The notes beneath the pieces are model-generated. The model was not told the DNA's origin. It did not search any database and worked only from the letters and a program-made list of their open reading frames with translations. DNA of 62,953 nucleotides, the filler included. It is 5 parts of 5 records of this genome, joined end to end, with 100 filler letters (N's around TTAATTAATTAA, not from the genome) between each part and the next. Parts side by side here need not be neighbours in the genome. Positions count along the whole stretch, not along the records: positions 1 to 15,535 come from SRR20825010_2085; positions 15,636 to 39,267 come from SRR20825010_2086; 3 more parts are not named here. The stretch is one strand, 5' to 3'. Positions 9,713 to 19,384 of the stretch are shown here, piece after piece. Both the position numbers and the translations under genes were made by a program. Position 1 is the stretch's first letter, and each line of letters begins with the position of its first letter.

Positions 9713-10915
9713 ATGGCGGCGAAAGTCTCGGCTATCGAAACCATCCGGATCGAGGAATATCCGAATCTGCTCTGGGTCCGCGTCATAGACGATGACGGTG
9801 CGGATGGGCTTGGCGAAACCTTCTACGGTCCCGGCGCCGCCGAGGCCCATATCCACGACATCATCGCCCCCTACCTGCTCGGCAAGGATCCGCACCGGAT
9901 CGAACAGCATCAGAGGAATCTCACCGGCTATGTCGGGTTCAGCGGTGCTGGCGCCGAAATGCGTGGCCGTTCAGCCGTCGATATCGCGCTCTGGGATCTG
10001 TTCGCGAAGTCAAAGGACATGCCGTTGCATCAGGCGCTCGGCGGCGCGGTGCGGGACAGCATCCGGGTCTACAATACCTGCGCCGGCACCCGCTATGTGC
10101 AGAACCGGCCGACCCAGGGCACGGATAATTTCGGCCTGGGCGCCAACCGGGGCGGCTTCGAGGATCTCGACGCCTTTCTGAACCATGCGGATGAGCTCGC
10201 CGCCAGCCTGCTGGAGATGGGCATCACGGCAATGAAGATCTGGCCCTTCGACTATGCCGCCGAGGCCAGCCGGGGCCATCATATCAGCCCGCGCGATCTT
10301 GCGACCGCCATGGCGCCGTTCGAGAAAATCCGCGAAGCGCATGGCGATCGCATGGATATCATGGCGGAGCTGCACTCCATGTGGGACCGGCCGACCGCGA
10401 TCAAAATCAGCCGTGCCCTCGAATCCATCGATCCGCTCTGGGTCGAAGATCCTGTCTTCATGGACAATCTCTCAAGCCTCGATGAAGTCGCCCGCGCCAC
10501 CACCGCTCCCATCGCAGTCGGCGAGACGCGCGGCGGCCGTGCCGATTACCGGCAATTGCTGGAGATGGAATCCCTCAGCCTGATCATCACCGATATCGCC
10601 TGGGGCGGCGGCGTCTCCGAAGCCCGCAAGATGGCAGCCATGGCGGATGCCTGGCATGTGCCGGTCGCCTTCCATGACTGCACCGGCCCGGTCGTCCTAG
10701 CCGCCTCAACCCACCTCGCCCTGCACACCCATAACTGCTTCATTCAGGAAATGGTGCGCGCCTTCTATTACGGCTGGTATGGTGATCTGGTCACCCAGCT
10801 TCCTCCCGTCACAAAAGGTGAGATCGCGGCCCCCGAAGGCGCCGGGCACGGCCTCAGCCTGCAGCCCGATATCCTCAAGCGTCCGGATTGTCACATCCGC
10901 CGGTCCAAACTTTAA
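9713..10915 (+). CDS. Mandelate racemase/muconate lactonising enzyme family protein (acid-sugar dehydratase-like)
   Basis: GLGETF, SAVDIALWD, KIWPFD, WVEDP, AVGE, HDCTGP. Confidence 0.85.
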   Translation: MAAKVSAIETIRIEEYPNLLWVRVIDDDGADGLGETFYGPGAAEAHIHDIIAPYLLGKDPHRIEQHQRNLTGYVGFSGAGAEMRGRSAVDIALWDLFAKSKDMPLHQALGGAVRDSIRVYNTCAGTRYVQNRPTQGTDNFGLGANRGGFEDLDAFLNHADELAASLLEMGITAMKIWPFDYAAEASRGHHISPRDLATAMAPFEKIREAHGDRMDIMAELHSMWDRPTAIKISRALESIDPLWVEDPVFMDNLSSLDEVARATTAPIAVGETRGGRADYRQLLEMESLSLIITDIAWGGGVSEARKMAAMADAWHVPVAFHDCTGPVVLAASTHLALHTHNCFIQEMVRAFYYGWYGDLVTQLPPVTKGEIAAPEGAGHGLSLQPDILKRPDCHIRRSKL

Positions 10916-10953
10916 CAAAACACAGCAACATACTGATTTATGGATTTTTTTGA

Positions 10954-11862
10954 ATGATCGAACTGTGGATCCCGATCACCATCGCGGCGGCCTTTTGCCA
11001 AAACCTCCGCTCTGCCCTGCAGAAGCATCTGACATCGAAGCTCAGCACGTCGGGAGCGACCTTTGTCCGCTTCTTCTATGCCATCCTGCCCGCCTGGCTC
11101 TACGTCTGGTTCCTGCATGACGGCATTGGTCTGGCGATACCCGACCCGCAACCAGTCTTCTGGATCTATGCGGCGCTCGGCGGGGCAACACAGATCGCCG
11201 CGACCGCCCTTCTCGTCTATCTCTTCGCCTTCCGGAACTTTGCCGTTGGAACAACCTATTCCAAGACCGAGACAGTCCAGGCCGCAATCTTCGGCATCGT
11301 CATTCTGGGTGATCCGCTGACCGCCGGCGCGATCGTCGCGATCATGATCAGCTTCATCGGTGTTCTTGCCATCTCGGCCGCCAAACAAGCCGCAGGGATC
11401 ACCGGCATTGCCAAATCCCTGACCAGCCGTCCCGCCATGATCGGTCTCGCCTCCGGTGCCTGTTTCGGTATCTCGGCTGTCTCTTACCGGGCCGCTTCGC
11501 TTTCCCTTGGTGGCGAGGGTTTCCTGATCCAGGCGGGCTTCACCCTGGCCTGCGTCACCATCATGCAGACCGTCGCCATGGCCGCCTATATGCGGCTGCG
11601 TGATCCGGGTCAGATCACGGCGGCACTGCGGAACTGGAAGATCGCGGGCATCGTCGGGCTCAGCGGCATGGCAGCCTCGGCCTGCTGGTTCACCGCCATG
11701 ACCATCCAGAACGCGGCCTATGTCCGCGCGCTCGGCCAGATCGAACTCGTATTCACCTTTGCCGCCTCCTATCTCTTCTTCAAGGAGAAGAGCAGCCCGC
11801 TGGAACTCGCCGGGATCGGTCTGGTGATCGCCGGGATCTTCTTCCTACTTCTGTCGACATGA
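10954..11862 (+). CDS. DMT/EamA family transporter
   Basis: About 10 hydrophobic segments; RNFAVG...KTE, AAYVRALGQIEL. Confidence 0.8.
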   Translation: MIELWIPITIAAAFCQNLRSALQKHLTSKLSTSGATFVRFFYAILPAWLYVWFLHDGIGLAIPDPQPVFWIYAALGGATQIAATALLVYLFAFRNFAVGTTYSKTETVQAAIFGIVILGDPLTAGAIVAIMISFIGVLAISAAKQAAGITGIAKSLTSRPAMIGLASGACFGISAVSYRAASLSLGGEGFLIQAGFTLACVTIMQTVAMAAYMRLRDPGQITAALRNWKIAGIVGLSGMAASACWFTAMTIQNAAYVRALGQIELVFTFAASYLFFKEKSSPLELAGIGLVIAGIFFLLLST

Positions 11863-11926
11863 TCCGCCCCTCGGGTCATCCGGCGTGGCATGGGCTGCGT
11901 ATCGACTGGGATTGGAGATCAAACCC

Positions 11927-12484
11927 ATGCCCGTTCACGCTCTACGCCTTACAGCCGCGATCCTTTTCGGACTGTTCCTGATGCCCTCCAGCCCGGCCAA
12001 GGCTGCGAACGCCCACGATTTCAGCTTCGTCTCAATCGAAGGCGAACCCTTATCGATGCAGGAGTACACGGGCAAAGCCGTGCTGGTCGTCAACACGGCC
12101 TCTTTCTGCGGCTTCACGAAACAGTACGAGGGCCTGCAAGCGCTCTGGGAACGGTACAGGGAACGCGGCCTTGTGGTGCTCGGCGTCCCCTCGAACGATT
12201 TCGGATCGCAGGAGCCAGGAACCGCAGCCGAGATCAAAGAATTTTGCGAAGTGAATTTCGCCGTGGACTTCCCGATGACGGAAAAACAGGTGGTCACCGG
12301 CGACCGGGCGCACCCGTTCTACCGCTGGGCGGCACAAGAGCTGGGAGCGCTCTCCAAGCCGCGCTGGAATTTCTACAAGATCCTGATTGCACCCGATGGC
12401 AAGGCCGTCGACTGGTTTGCCTCCACAACAGAACCCTCATCGGCAAAACTCACGAAGGCCGTTGAAGCCGCCCTGCCACGTTAG
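11927..12484 (+). CDS. Glutathione peroxidase family protein with a probable signal peptide
   Basis: VVNTASFCGFTKQY, GVPSNDFGSQEPG, PRWNFYK; ATG at 11927 after GGAG. Confidence 0.9.
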   Translation: MPVHALRLTAAILFGLFLMPSSPAKAANAHDFSFVSIEGEPLSMQEYTGKAVLVVNTASFCGFTKQYEGLQALWERYRERGLVVLGVPSNDFGSQEPGTAAEIKEFCEVNFAVDFPMTEKQVVTGDRAHPFYRWAAQELGALSKPRWNFYKILIAPDGKAVDWFASTTEPSSAKLTKAVEAALPR

Positions 12485-12493
12485 ACGGCAACG

Positions 12494-12835
12494 CTATTTG
12501 CGTATCCTGATGACAGCGCGTTCGGGACCGATGGATACGGTACCGTTCGTGTCGGGAGCAATCCGGTGCCGCACGGTCGTGCCATCGTCATCCCCGTCAT
12601 TGCCCTCGCCGCCAAAGCTCATGACCGCGACGCCCATCGCCAGCGCACTGAAGGACGCAAAGAAGGAGAAACAGAGCAGAAACGGGCCAAGCCAGGTCGG
12701 CTCGGACTTCATGCTCAGGCTGGCAAGCCCCGCGACATCGAACATCAGCAGGCCAGCCGCGACGGCAATACCTGCCCCACCACCAATCACCCCGTGACCG
12801 AACAGGAAGCGCAGCATGGGAGATTTGAAATACAC
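12494..12835 (-). CDS. Small hypothetical membrane protein (two TM segments)
   Basis: GTG start after GAAGGAG; two hydrophobic helices and an acidic tail. Confidence 0.6.
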   Translation of the reverse strand: MYFKSPMLRFLFGHGVIGGGAGIAVAAGLLMFDVAGLASLSMKSEPTWLGPFLLCFSFFASFSALAMGVAVMSFGGEGNDGDDDGTTVRHRIAPDTNGTVSIGPERAVIRIRK

Positions 12836-13014
12836 GATCCAGTCTCCTTCGAAAGAGGCGCGAAAAGAGTGCTCCGATTCGTTGGGGCATTCAATGGACA
12901 GGATGACGCATAGCCACAAAGGCGATCATCATACCCCATTCCGTTAACCACCAAGTTGAGGTATCAGAGACTGAGCCGGACAGATCAGTCCAGTCCATCG
13001 CCCCGGGGCAATAC

Positions 13015-13407
13015 ATGAGTGACGAGTCGAACGAAAACTACACCAAGACCGGCTGGATGCGTGACATGACGGATCAGGAACGCCGCGCATTCGACCGCGT
13101 GGCATTCCATTTAGACGCCGAACTGGCACTTCCCGACGGATCGACCATAAAAGGTGAAATCGTTAATGTCTCCTTGGTCGGTTTTCTGTTCACGCCGGAA
13201 ACACCCGTTGAATTTCGTGGCGAAGCGCGGCTCTCGATAGGCGATCAGGTTTCCGGGCTGAAGATCAACATCGTCGATACCAGCCAGGTCGGCCTGCATC
13301 TCGAGACCTATCCGGGCGAGACCGATATACGCGACCTCGCCCTGAACCACCCGTCGATTGCCCGGCTTTTTTTGCCCTACATTTACAATTACGACAGCGA
13401 TAATTAG
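13015..13407 (+). CDS. Single-domain PilZ protein
   Basis: RxxxR (RAFDR) and D/NxSxxG (NVSLVG) c-di-GMP-binding motifs. Confidence 0.75.
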   Translation: MSDESNENYTKTGWMRDMTDQERRAFDRVAFHLDAELALPDGSTIKGEIVNVSLVGFLFTPETPVEFRGEARLSIGDQVSGLKINIVDTSQVGLHLETYPGETDIRDLALNHPSIARLFLPYIYNYDSDN

Positions 13408-13440
13408 GGCGCGCTCAACGGAGCCAGTTTCCCTATAAAA

Positions 13441-14082
13441 TCAGGACTTCCGGTAAACTCCGTAGACTGCCTTCACCTTGTCCGCGAAATCAGGGTGTCC
13501 CGGCAGATAAGGCATCGGCCGGGAGACATGCAACGCTTCCCAGCGCCCTTCCAGCTCCAGCCGGTTCAACATTTCGGCAATGCCCCGCGACTGCCAGAAA
13601 TCGTCCCTGCTGGTGAACACCACGACACCGCCGCTCCGGAGCACTCTCAACCATTCCTTGAAGATGGCCGCCTCCTCGAGATAGGTCAGCACGCCGATAC
13701 AGAGGATACCGCCAACGGCCCCGTCCCCGAGCGGAAGCGGCTTGTTCAGGTCGGCATATTCCAGACGATCATAGATCGCCTTCTGCTTTGATGTTTCGAG
13801 GCTGGAACGTGATGCGTCCAAACCGGTCAGGTGACCTGTGGCACCGGCAGCCCGGAGCGCCAGGCCTGTAAGTCCCGTTCCGCATCCGCAATCGAGAATC
13901 GGGGCATCCCTGAAATCTTCCAGGTGCCCTTTCAGGAGCCCGGCCGCCTGTTCCGGTGCCTCATATCCCCAATTGGCCAGCTCCCGATCGTACTCACTGG
14001 CCCAGGCGTCATAGCTTTCCGCGTTGACCGCCCCACTGCGGGACACATTTCCGTCAGTGCGGAGAATTTGTTCTTTAGACAT
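13441..14082 (-). CDS. Class I SAM-dependent methyltransferase
   Basis: YDAWASEYD, ILDCGCGTGLTG, GLDAS; ATG at 14082 after GGAGG. Confidence 0.85.
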   Translation of the reverse strand: MSKEQILRTDGNVSRSGAVNAESYDAWASEYDRELANWGYEAPEQAAGLLKGHLEDFRDAPILDCGCGTGLTGLALRAAGATGHLTGLDASRSSLETSKQKAIYDRLEYADLNKPLPLGDGAVGGILCIGVLTYLEEAAIFKEWLRVLRSGGVVVFTSRDDFWQSRGIAEMLNRLELEGRWEALHVSRPMPYLPGHPDFADKVKAVYGVYRKS

Positions 14083-14173
14083 CGCTGCTTCCTCCCTGTT
14101 CTGGGGAAAGCCTAACATTCGCAGAGAACGGTTTCAGGGTTGATTTCAAAAGAAATCCATTCTGAACCGGTGA

Positions 14174-14204
14174 GATACGGACGCGGTCAGGCCGCGTCCG
14201 TATC
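14174..14204 (-). terminator. 13-bp hairpin after the enoyl-CoA hydratase gene
   Basis: GATACGGACGCGG-TCAGG-CCGCGTCCGTATC just past the stop codon; weak U-tract. Confidence 0.45.
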
Positions 14205-14212
14205 CGCAATGC

Positions 14213-14998
14213 TTACTTGCCTTTGAACTCAGGCTTGCGCTTTTCCATGAAGGCACGGCGGCCTTCGATATAGTCCTCGCTGGCGAAGCAGGCGGTGACC
14301 AGATCGTCACACTTCTGCAGATCCCGCTCACTTTCCGGCACCACCGTCTGGTTGGCGATGAACTTCACCGAATTGACGGTCATCGGCGCGTTCTCGGCGA
14401 TGGTCTTCGCATAATCGAGGCAGAACTGTTCAACCTGATCGTCCGGAACAACCCGGTTCACGAGGCCCATGATGCGAGCATCCTCGGCATCGTAACGGCC
14501 GGCGGTGAAGAAAATTTCCTTGGCGAAGCTCGGTCCGACAAGCGCGGACAGGCGGGAAATCCCCGGAAAGCCATATCCGAGGCCGAGCTTGGCGGCCGGG
14601 ATGGCGAACTTGGAGCCCTCGCCACAGATCCTGAGGTCACAGCAGACAGCGAGCGCGACACCGCCGCCGACGCAGAAACCGCTGATCTGCGCGATGACCG
14701 GCTTCGGGAAACCGGCAACCTTGTCATAGACCCGTTTGGTGGTCGCGTTGTAGCGGGCAACGCCGTCGGCGCTGGCGCGCTCGGATTCGAATTTGGAAAT
14801 ATCGGCGCCGGAAACAAAGGCTTTCCCGCCCGCGCCGGACAGGATCAGGATGCGGACGCTGTCGTCGGCCGAATACCGGTCAAGCGCGGCCTCGACGGCC
14901 TCCCACATTTCCAGGGATACAGCGTTTCGCTTTTCCGGCTGGTTGAAAATGATCCGGGCAATCGCGCCGTCCTGGCTGGTGAGAATCTTGTCAGTCAT
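14213..14998 (-). CDS. Enoyl-CoA hydratase/isomerase family protein
   Basis: NQPEKRNA, AFVSGADI, GFCVGGG, PAAKLGLGY, EGRRAFMEKRKP. Confidence 0.9.
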   Translation of the reverse strand: MTDKILTSQDGAIARIIFNQPEKRNAVSLEMWEAVEAALDRYSADDSVRILILSGAGGKAFVSGADISKFESERASADGVARYNATTKRVYDKVAGFPKPVIAQISGFCVGGGVALAVCCDLRICGEGSKFAIPAAKLGLGYGFPGISRLSALVGPSFAKEIFFTAGRYDAEDARIMGLVNRVVPDDQVEQFCLDYAKTIAENAPMTVNSVKFIANQTVVPESERDLQKCDDLVTACFASEDYIEGRRAFMEKRKPEFKGK

Positions 14999-15027
14999 TT
15001 GTCTCTTTCCCTTTGATAGTTCGGCGC

Positions 15028-15535
15028 TCAGATGACGCCGTCACGTTTCAGTGTTTCGATGTCATCCGAGGTAAAGCCCAGATCCGTCAGCACTTCCTGA
15101 TTGTGCTCACCCGCCATCGGCGGCGGAGAAGCAATGGTCGACGGCGTCCGGCTCATGGTAATCGGCTGGCCGACCAGATGGGTATCGCCACGCTCGTGCG
15201 ACTTGACCGGCTGGGCAAGTCCCAAATGTGCCACCTGCGGGCTTTCGAATACCTGCTGGATATCATTAATTTCACCACAGGGCACACCGGCGGCATTCAG
15301 CCGCTCGATCCAGTTGGCCATGGTATCCTTGAGGGTCTCGGCCTCGATCTCCGCGTTCAGGGCATCCCGGTTGTCGGACCGGGCGGGACCCGTCGCGTAA
15401 TCCGGATTCTCGTTCCATTCCGGCTTGCCCATAGCAGCGCAGAACTTTTCCCAGATAGCCTGCCCGGCAACAGCGATGTTCATGTAGCCGTCGGACGTCT
15501 TGAAGACGCCGGTCGGGATGCTGGTCGGGTGGTTG
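15028..15535 (-). CDS. CaiB/BaiF family (class III) CoA-transferase, 3' part (truncated by gap)
   Basis: NHPTSIPTGVFKTSDGYMNIA, AAGVPCGEIN, PPPMAGEHN. Confidence 0.85.
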
Positions 15536-15635
15536 NNNNNNNNNNNNNNNNNNNNNNNNNNNNNNNNNNNNNNNNNNNNTTAATTAATTAANNNNNNNNN
15601 NNNNNNNNNNNNNNNNNNNNNNNNNNNNNNNNNNN
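15536..15635. other. Artificial contig-join spacer
   Basis: N-run with central TTAATTAATTAA (stops in all six frames), 100 nt. Confidence 0.98.
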
Positions 15636-15760
15636 GTATTCGGCTCGATGGTGCAGAACGGATAGTTCGCCGCTTCCGCCGCCGCCGTTTCGGTCAGCGC
15701 GTTGAAGAGGGTGGATTTGCCGACATTCGGCAGGCCAACGATGCCGCACTTGAAGCCCAT
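15636..15760 (-). CDS. ychF: Redox-regulated ATPase YchF, 5' fragment (truncated by gap)
   Basis: Manual translation [41 protein letters not shown]; lies downstream of pth. Confidence 0.95.
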
Positions 15761-15763
15761 GAC

Positions 15764-16417
15764 TTAATTTTCCTGACTGTTATCGCTGGCGCCGTCAGCC
15801 TTTGCTGCATCCGGCTTGTTGTTCGGTTTCGGCGGTTTCGGGCGCTGCGGGAAGACGGCCTGGCTGACCCGGCTCATGAAGCCGCTATCCTCGCTCTTGA
15901 CCAGCAGGTCAGCCTCGTCGGCGACTGCGGGCACGAGCTTCGAAAGCCAGCCGGCGCGTTCCGCCTTGGCGAAGTCCTGCAGCACGTAATCCTTCACCCG
16001 GTTCTTGTCGCCTGGATGGCCGACGCCGAGCCGGACCCGCCAGTATTCCTTGCCGATATGGGCATCGAGACTGCGGATGCCGTTGTGACCGCCGGAGCCG
16101 CCGCCGCGTTTCACGCGCAGCTTGCCGGGGGCAAGGTCGATCTCGTCATAGAAGACGATGATGTTTTCGAGAGGGATCTTGAAGAACCGGACCGCTTCGC
16201 CGACCGCGCGGCCGGAATCGTTCATGAAGGTGGTCGGTTTCATCAGCAGTACCTTCTCACCGCCGACTGTACCGTCGGCGGTGAGGGCCTGAAAGCGTGC
16301 CCGGAAAGGACCGAAACCATAGCTTGAGGCAATTTCGTCAGCGACGAGAAAGCCGATATTATGGCGCGTCAGCTCGTATTTCGCCCCGGGATTTCCAAGG
16401 CCAACGAACAGAAACAT
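15764..16417 (-). CDS. pth: Peptidyl-tRNA hydrolase
   Basis: VGLGNPG, TRHNIGF, KPTTFMNDSG, GGHNGIRS. Confidence 0.97.
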   Translation of the reverse strand: MFLFVGLGNPGAKYELTRHNIGFLVADEIASSYGFGPFRARFQALTADGTVGGEKVLLMKPTTFMNDSGRAVGEAVRFFKIPLENIIVFYDEIDLAPGKLRVKRGGGSGGHNGIRSLDAHIGKEYWRVRLGVGHPGDKNRVKDYVLQDFAKAERAGWLSKLVPAVADEADLLVKSEDSGFMSRVSQAVFPQRPKPPKPNNKPDAAKADGASDNSQEN

Positions 16418-16473
16418 CGCTCGGTCCCCTCCCGCCGGACCGCCTCACGAGGAGGCGGGCACGGCGCGGCAGA

Positions 16474-17118
16474 TTAGTCTTCGGCCTCGGTTTCGGCGTC
16501 TTCAGCCGTATCTTCGGCCTCGTCTTCGGCGTCGCTGGCTTCGCTCTTCATCGAGGACGGCGCGGCGATGGTTGCGACGGTGAAATCCCGATCGGTAATG
16601 GTCGGGGTGACACCTTCCGGAAGGACGATGGCGCTGATGTGAATGCTGTCGCCGACATTCCAGCCCTCGAGGTCGAGGGTCAGGGAAGACGGCATCTGGT
16701 CCGGACGGCAGCTCACTTCGACTTCGTGACGCACGACGTTCAGAACGCCGCCGACCTTGAGGCCCGGGCACTTGTCTTCGTTGATGAACTCAACCGGCAC
16801 TTCGACGGTGATGGTCGAAGAGGCGCTGACCCGAAGGAAATCAACATGCTCCGGACGATCGGTGACCGGGTGCAGCTGCACGTCACGGGCAAGCACGCTG
16901 TGCTTCTTGCCGTCGACTTCGAGATCGATCAGGGTCGAAAAGAAACCGGACTGATGAAGCAGCTTCGTCAGCGCACGCTCATTGAGCGTCACGGAAACCG
17001 GGTCTTTCTTGTCGCCGTAGATTACGGCCGGGATGAGCCCCGCGCGACGGGCGGCACGGGCGGACCCCTTACCGACCCGGTCACGCGTCTGGGCGCTCAG
17101 TGCGATCACATCAGACAT
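16474..17118 (-). CDS. rplY: 50S ribosomal protein L25/general stress protein Ctc
   Basis: GKGSARAARRAGLIPAVIYG, DVQLHPVTD, HVDF; ATG at 17118 after GGAG. Confidence 0.96.
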   Translation of the reverse strand: MSDVIALSAQTRDRVGKGSARAARRAGLIPAVIYGDKKDPVSVTLNERALTKLLHQSGFFSTLIDLEVDGKKHSVLARDVQLHPVTDRPEHVDFLRVSASSTITVEVPVEFINEDKCPGLKVGGVLNVVRHEVEVSCRPDQMPSSLTLDLEGWNVGDSIHISAIVLPEGVTPTITDRDFTVATIAAPSSMKSEASDAEDEAEDTAEDAETEAED

Positions 17119-17137
17119 TTTATTCTCCAATAAAGAT

Positions 17138-17185
17138 GTTCCGCGTGCGGCTGACCTCCAGGGGTGCCAGCCCGCAAGGCGGAAC
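17138..17185 (-). promoter_or_regulatory. Candidate rplY 5' leader stem-loop
   Basis: Outer stem GTTCCGC/GCGGAAC, inner stem TGCGG(G)CTGGC/GTCAGCCGCA and loop ACCCCTGGAG, about 20 nt before the rplY start. Confidence 0.55.
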
Positions 17186-17271
17186 GGATGAGCGGGGCGT
17201 TTTAGTGGCTTTCGCCGGAAAAAGCCAGCCCAAAGCAGCGCGGACCGGGATACCGGTCCGGCGCGACAGGT

Positions 17272-18222
17272 CTAGAAGTTGAAGAGGCTGGAAACCGAGC
17301 GCTCTTCGGCGATGCGCCGGATCGACTCGCCGAGAAGCGGCGCGACCGAAATTTGGCGGATATTGCGTGCGACACGAACGGCTTCCGTGGTCGCGATACT
17401 GTCCGTGGTGACCAGGGATTGCAGCGGTGAGGATGTCACGCGCGCAACGGCGCCGCCGGAGAGCACGCCATGCGTGATATAGGCATCGACGGAAACCGCG
17501 CCGGAGGCCATCAGGGCTTCGGCTGCATTGCAAAGGGTGCCGCCGCTATCGACGATATCGTCGACCAGGATGCAGCGCTTGTCCTTCACGTCACCGATGA
17601 TGTTCATGACCTCGGACACACCGGCACGTTCGCGGCGCTTGTCGATGATCGCCAGATCGGCGTTCAGCGGCTTGGCCAGCGCGCGGGCGCGCACGACACC
17701 GCCGACATCGGGCGAAACGATGGTGATTTGCTCGTCGCCGTAACGGTCCGTGATGTCCTTGTGGAAGACGGGGGCGGCGAACAGATTGTCCGTCGGGATA
17801 TCGAAGAACCCCTGTATCTGGCCAGCATGGAGATCCATGGTCAGCACCCGGTCAGCGCCGGCCGTGGTGATCAGATTGGCGACCAGCTTGGCGGATATCG
17901 GTGTGCGGGAACCTGATTTCCGGTCCTGACGGGCATAGCCGTAATAGGGAATGACCGCCGTGATGCGCCGTGCCGAGGCCCGCTTCAGTGCATCGAGCGT
18001 GACCAGCAGTTCCATCAGGTTGTCATTCGCCGGATAGGAGGTTGGCTGGATGACGAAAACGTCTTCCCCGCGCACATTCTCCTGGATCTCGACGAACACT
18101 TCCATGTCCGAGAACCGGCGGACGTCGGCCTTCGTCAATGGCATGTTGAGGTAGGCGGCGATTGTTTCCGCCAGTGGCCTGTTACTGTTACAGGCCAGGA
18201 TCTTCATACGAACGTCTGACAT
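17272..18222 (-). CDS. prs: Ribose-phosphate pyrophosphokinase
   Basis: [39 protein letters not shown]. Start may be 18207. Confidence 0.97.
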   Translation of the reverse strand: MSDVRMKILACNSNRPLAETIAAYLNMPLTKADVRRFSDMEVFVEIQENVRGEDVFVIQPTSYPANDNLMELLVTLDALKRASARRITAVIPYYGYARQDRKSGSRTPISAKLVANLITTAGADRVLTMDLHAGQIQGFFDIPTDNLFAAPVFHKDITDRYGDEQITIVSPDVGGVVRARALAKPLNADLAIIDKRRERAGVSEVMNIIGDVKDKRCILVDDIVDSGGTLCNAAEALMASGAVSVDAYITHGVLSGGAVARVTSSPLQSLVTTDSIATTEAVRVARNIRQISVAPLLGESIRRIAEERSVSSLFNF

Positions 18223-18349
18223 TCGTGCCCTGTGATCTCGGTTGGGGAAGGAGCGGTGAAATCCTTATCTTGCTGTGCCGGATCTTCAAGAAATCAGCAT
18301 CAGTAGAAGCGGGCGGAACATATCAGCGCGTGTTGAAAGCGCGCAAGGG

Positions 18350-19279
18350 TTATTGCCGCTTTGTGACAGGTTTCTCGCCTATTCTCTGGCGTCCATACGC
18401 GCGCAGCAGGGGCAGAAGGCCTTGCATGGCGCCGTCAGCAATGAGTGGCGAGGCGGAAACCCAATTTTCTTCCATGCTGCCGGCGGACACCGCGTTCTGC
18501 TGGTCGATGACCCCGATTTCCCGGTCGGCGGGATCGATAAGGCGCCAGGAAATGGCAACGATATCGGTGTCCGCATTGATTGGTTTGATGTCGATCTTGC
18601 CTTTCAGGGACAGTGCGCCTTCCGGGATGGTGCCGCTGTTTTCTATGGCCACGCCGCGGGCGCGGAGCTTGCGCAGCAGGGCCTGGCGCAGGATGGCGTT
18701 CCCGCTGCCGGACTTGCCTTCGATCAGATCGACATAAAGTCCGGGAAGATCGGCTGTGGCGAGCGTTTCTATCTGCGGGAGCAGCCAGGCCGCGATATCC
18801 GGTGCATTCTGGTTGGAGATGTCTTTGAAATGGGCGGCGTCAGGCGCTTCCCAGAACGCGGCGGGCGGAATCGAGGCGACGCGTTTCTCGCCGATGACCT
18901 TGCCGGACGGGTCGCTCAACTCCCAATCGAGAATAAGTTCGGAGGGCTGTCCGACATGGAGTTGCTGATAGCCCTGGCCCTTGAGAACATAGCTGCGCTT
19001 GTTCCGGGCGCTGGCGCTGGCAATGACATTGTGTTTGACCAGCGATTTCGAGAGCGCCGCCGCCATGGCTTCTCCAACCCAGCCCACAGGTCCCTCGATC
19101 GGCTCGACATAGATGCCGGCGGCTTCGGGGGCGAGAAGCAACTCGACGTCTGATTTCTGGTAAGGCTCACGGCTGAACGGGCGCGGTATTTCTCCGCAGC
19201 CGGTCAGGAAGAGCACCAGCAGGACCGGCAGGATGAGGCGGCGTGCGGAGAAGTCCCGGCACGGGGAACTGTCTTTCAT
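18350..19279 (-). CDS. Hypothetical lipoprotein
   Basis: Lipobox LTGC; two internally similar halves (...WELSDPSGKVIG / ...WRLIDPADREIG). Confidence 0.75.
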   Translation of the reverse strand: MKDSSPCRDFSARRLILPVLLVLFLTGCGEIPRPFSREPYQKSDVELLLAPEAAGIYVEPIEGPVGWVGEAMAAALSKSLVKHNVIASASARNKRSYVLKGQGYQQLHVGQPSELILDWELSDPSGKVIGEKRVASIPPAAFWEAPDAAHFKDISNQNAPDIAAWLLPQIETLATADLPGLYVDLIEGKSGSGNAILRQALLRKLRARGVAIENSGTIPEGALSLKGKIDIKPINADTDIVAISWRLIDPADREIGVIDQQNAVSAGSMEENWVSASPLIADGAMQGLLPLLRAYGRQRIGEKPVTKRQ

Positions 19280-19384
19280 GGTGCGGGACTTAAATCACCA
19301 GGACGCAACTGACAAGCAGCCCGAGGACGGTCGCCGCGAACAGGATATGGAGATGAGGCATGTTTCGGCGTCTTCCCCGGAGTG

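Noticed and set aside
15580..15591. TTAATTAATTAA recurring four times inside N-runs
   Set aside because: It is an artificial six-frame-stop linker used to join contigs, not a biological repeat or CtrA site.
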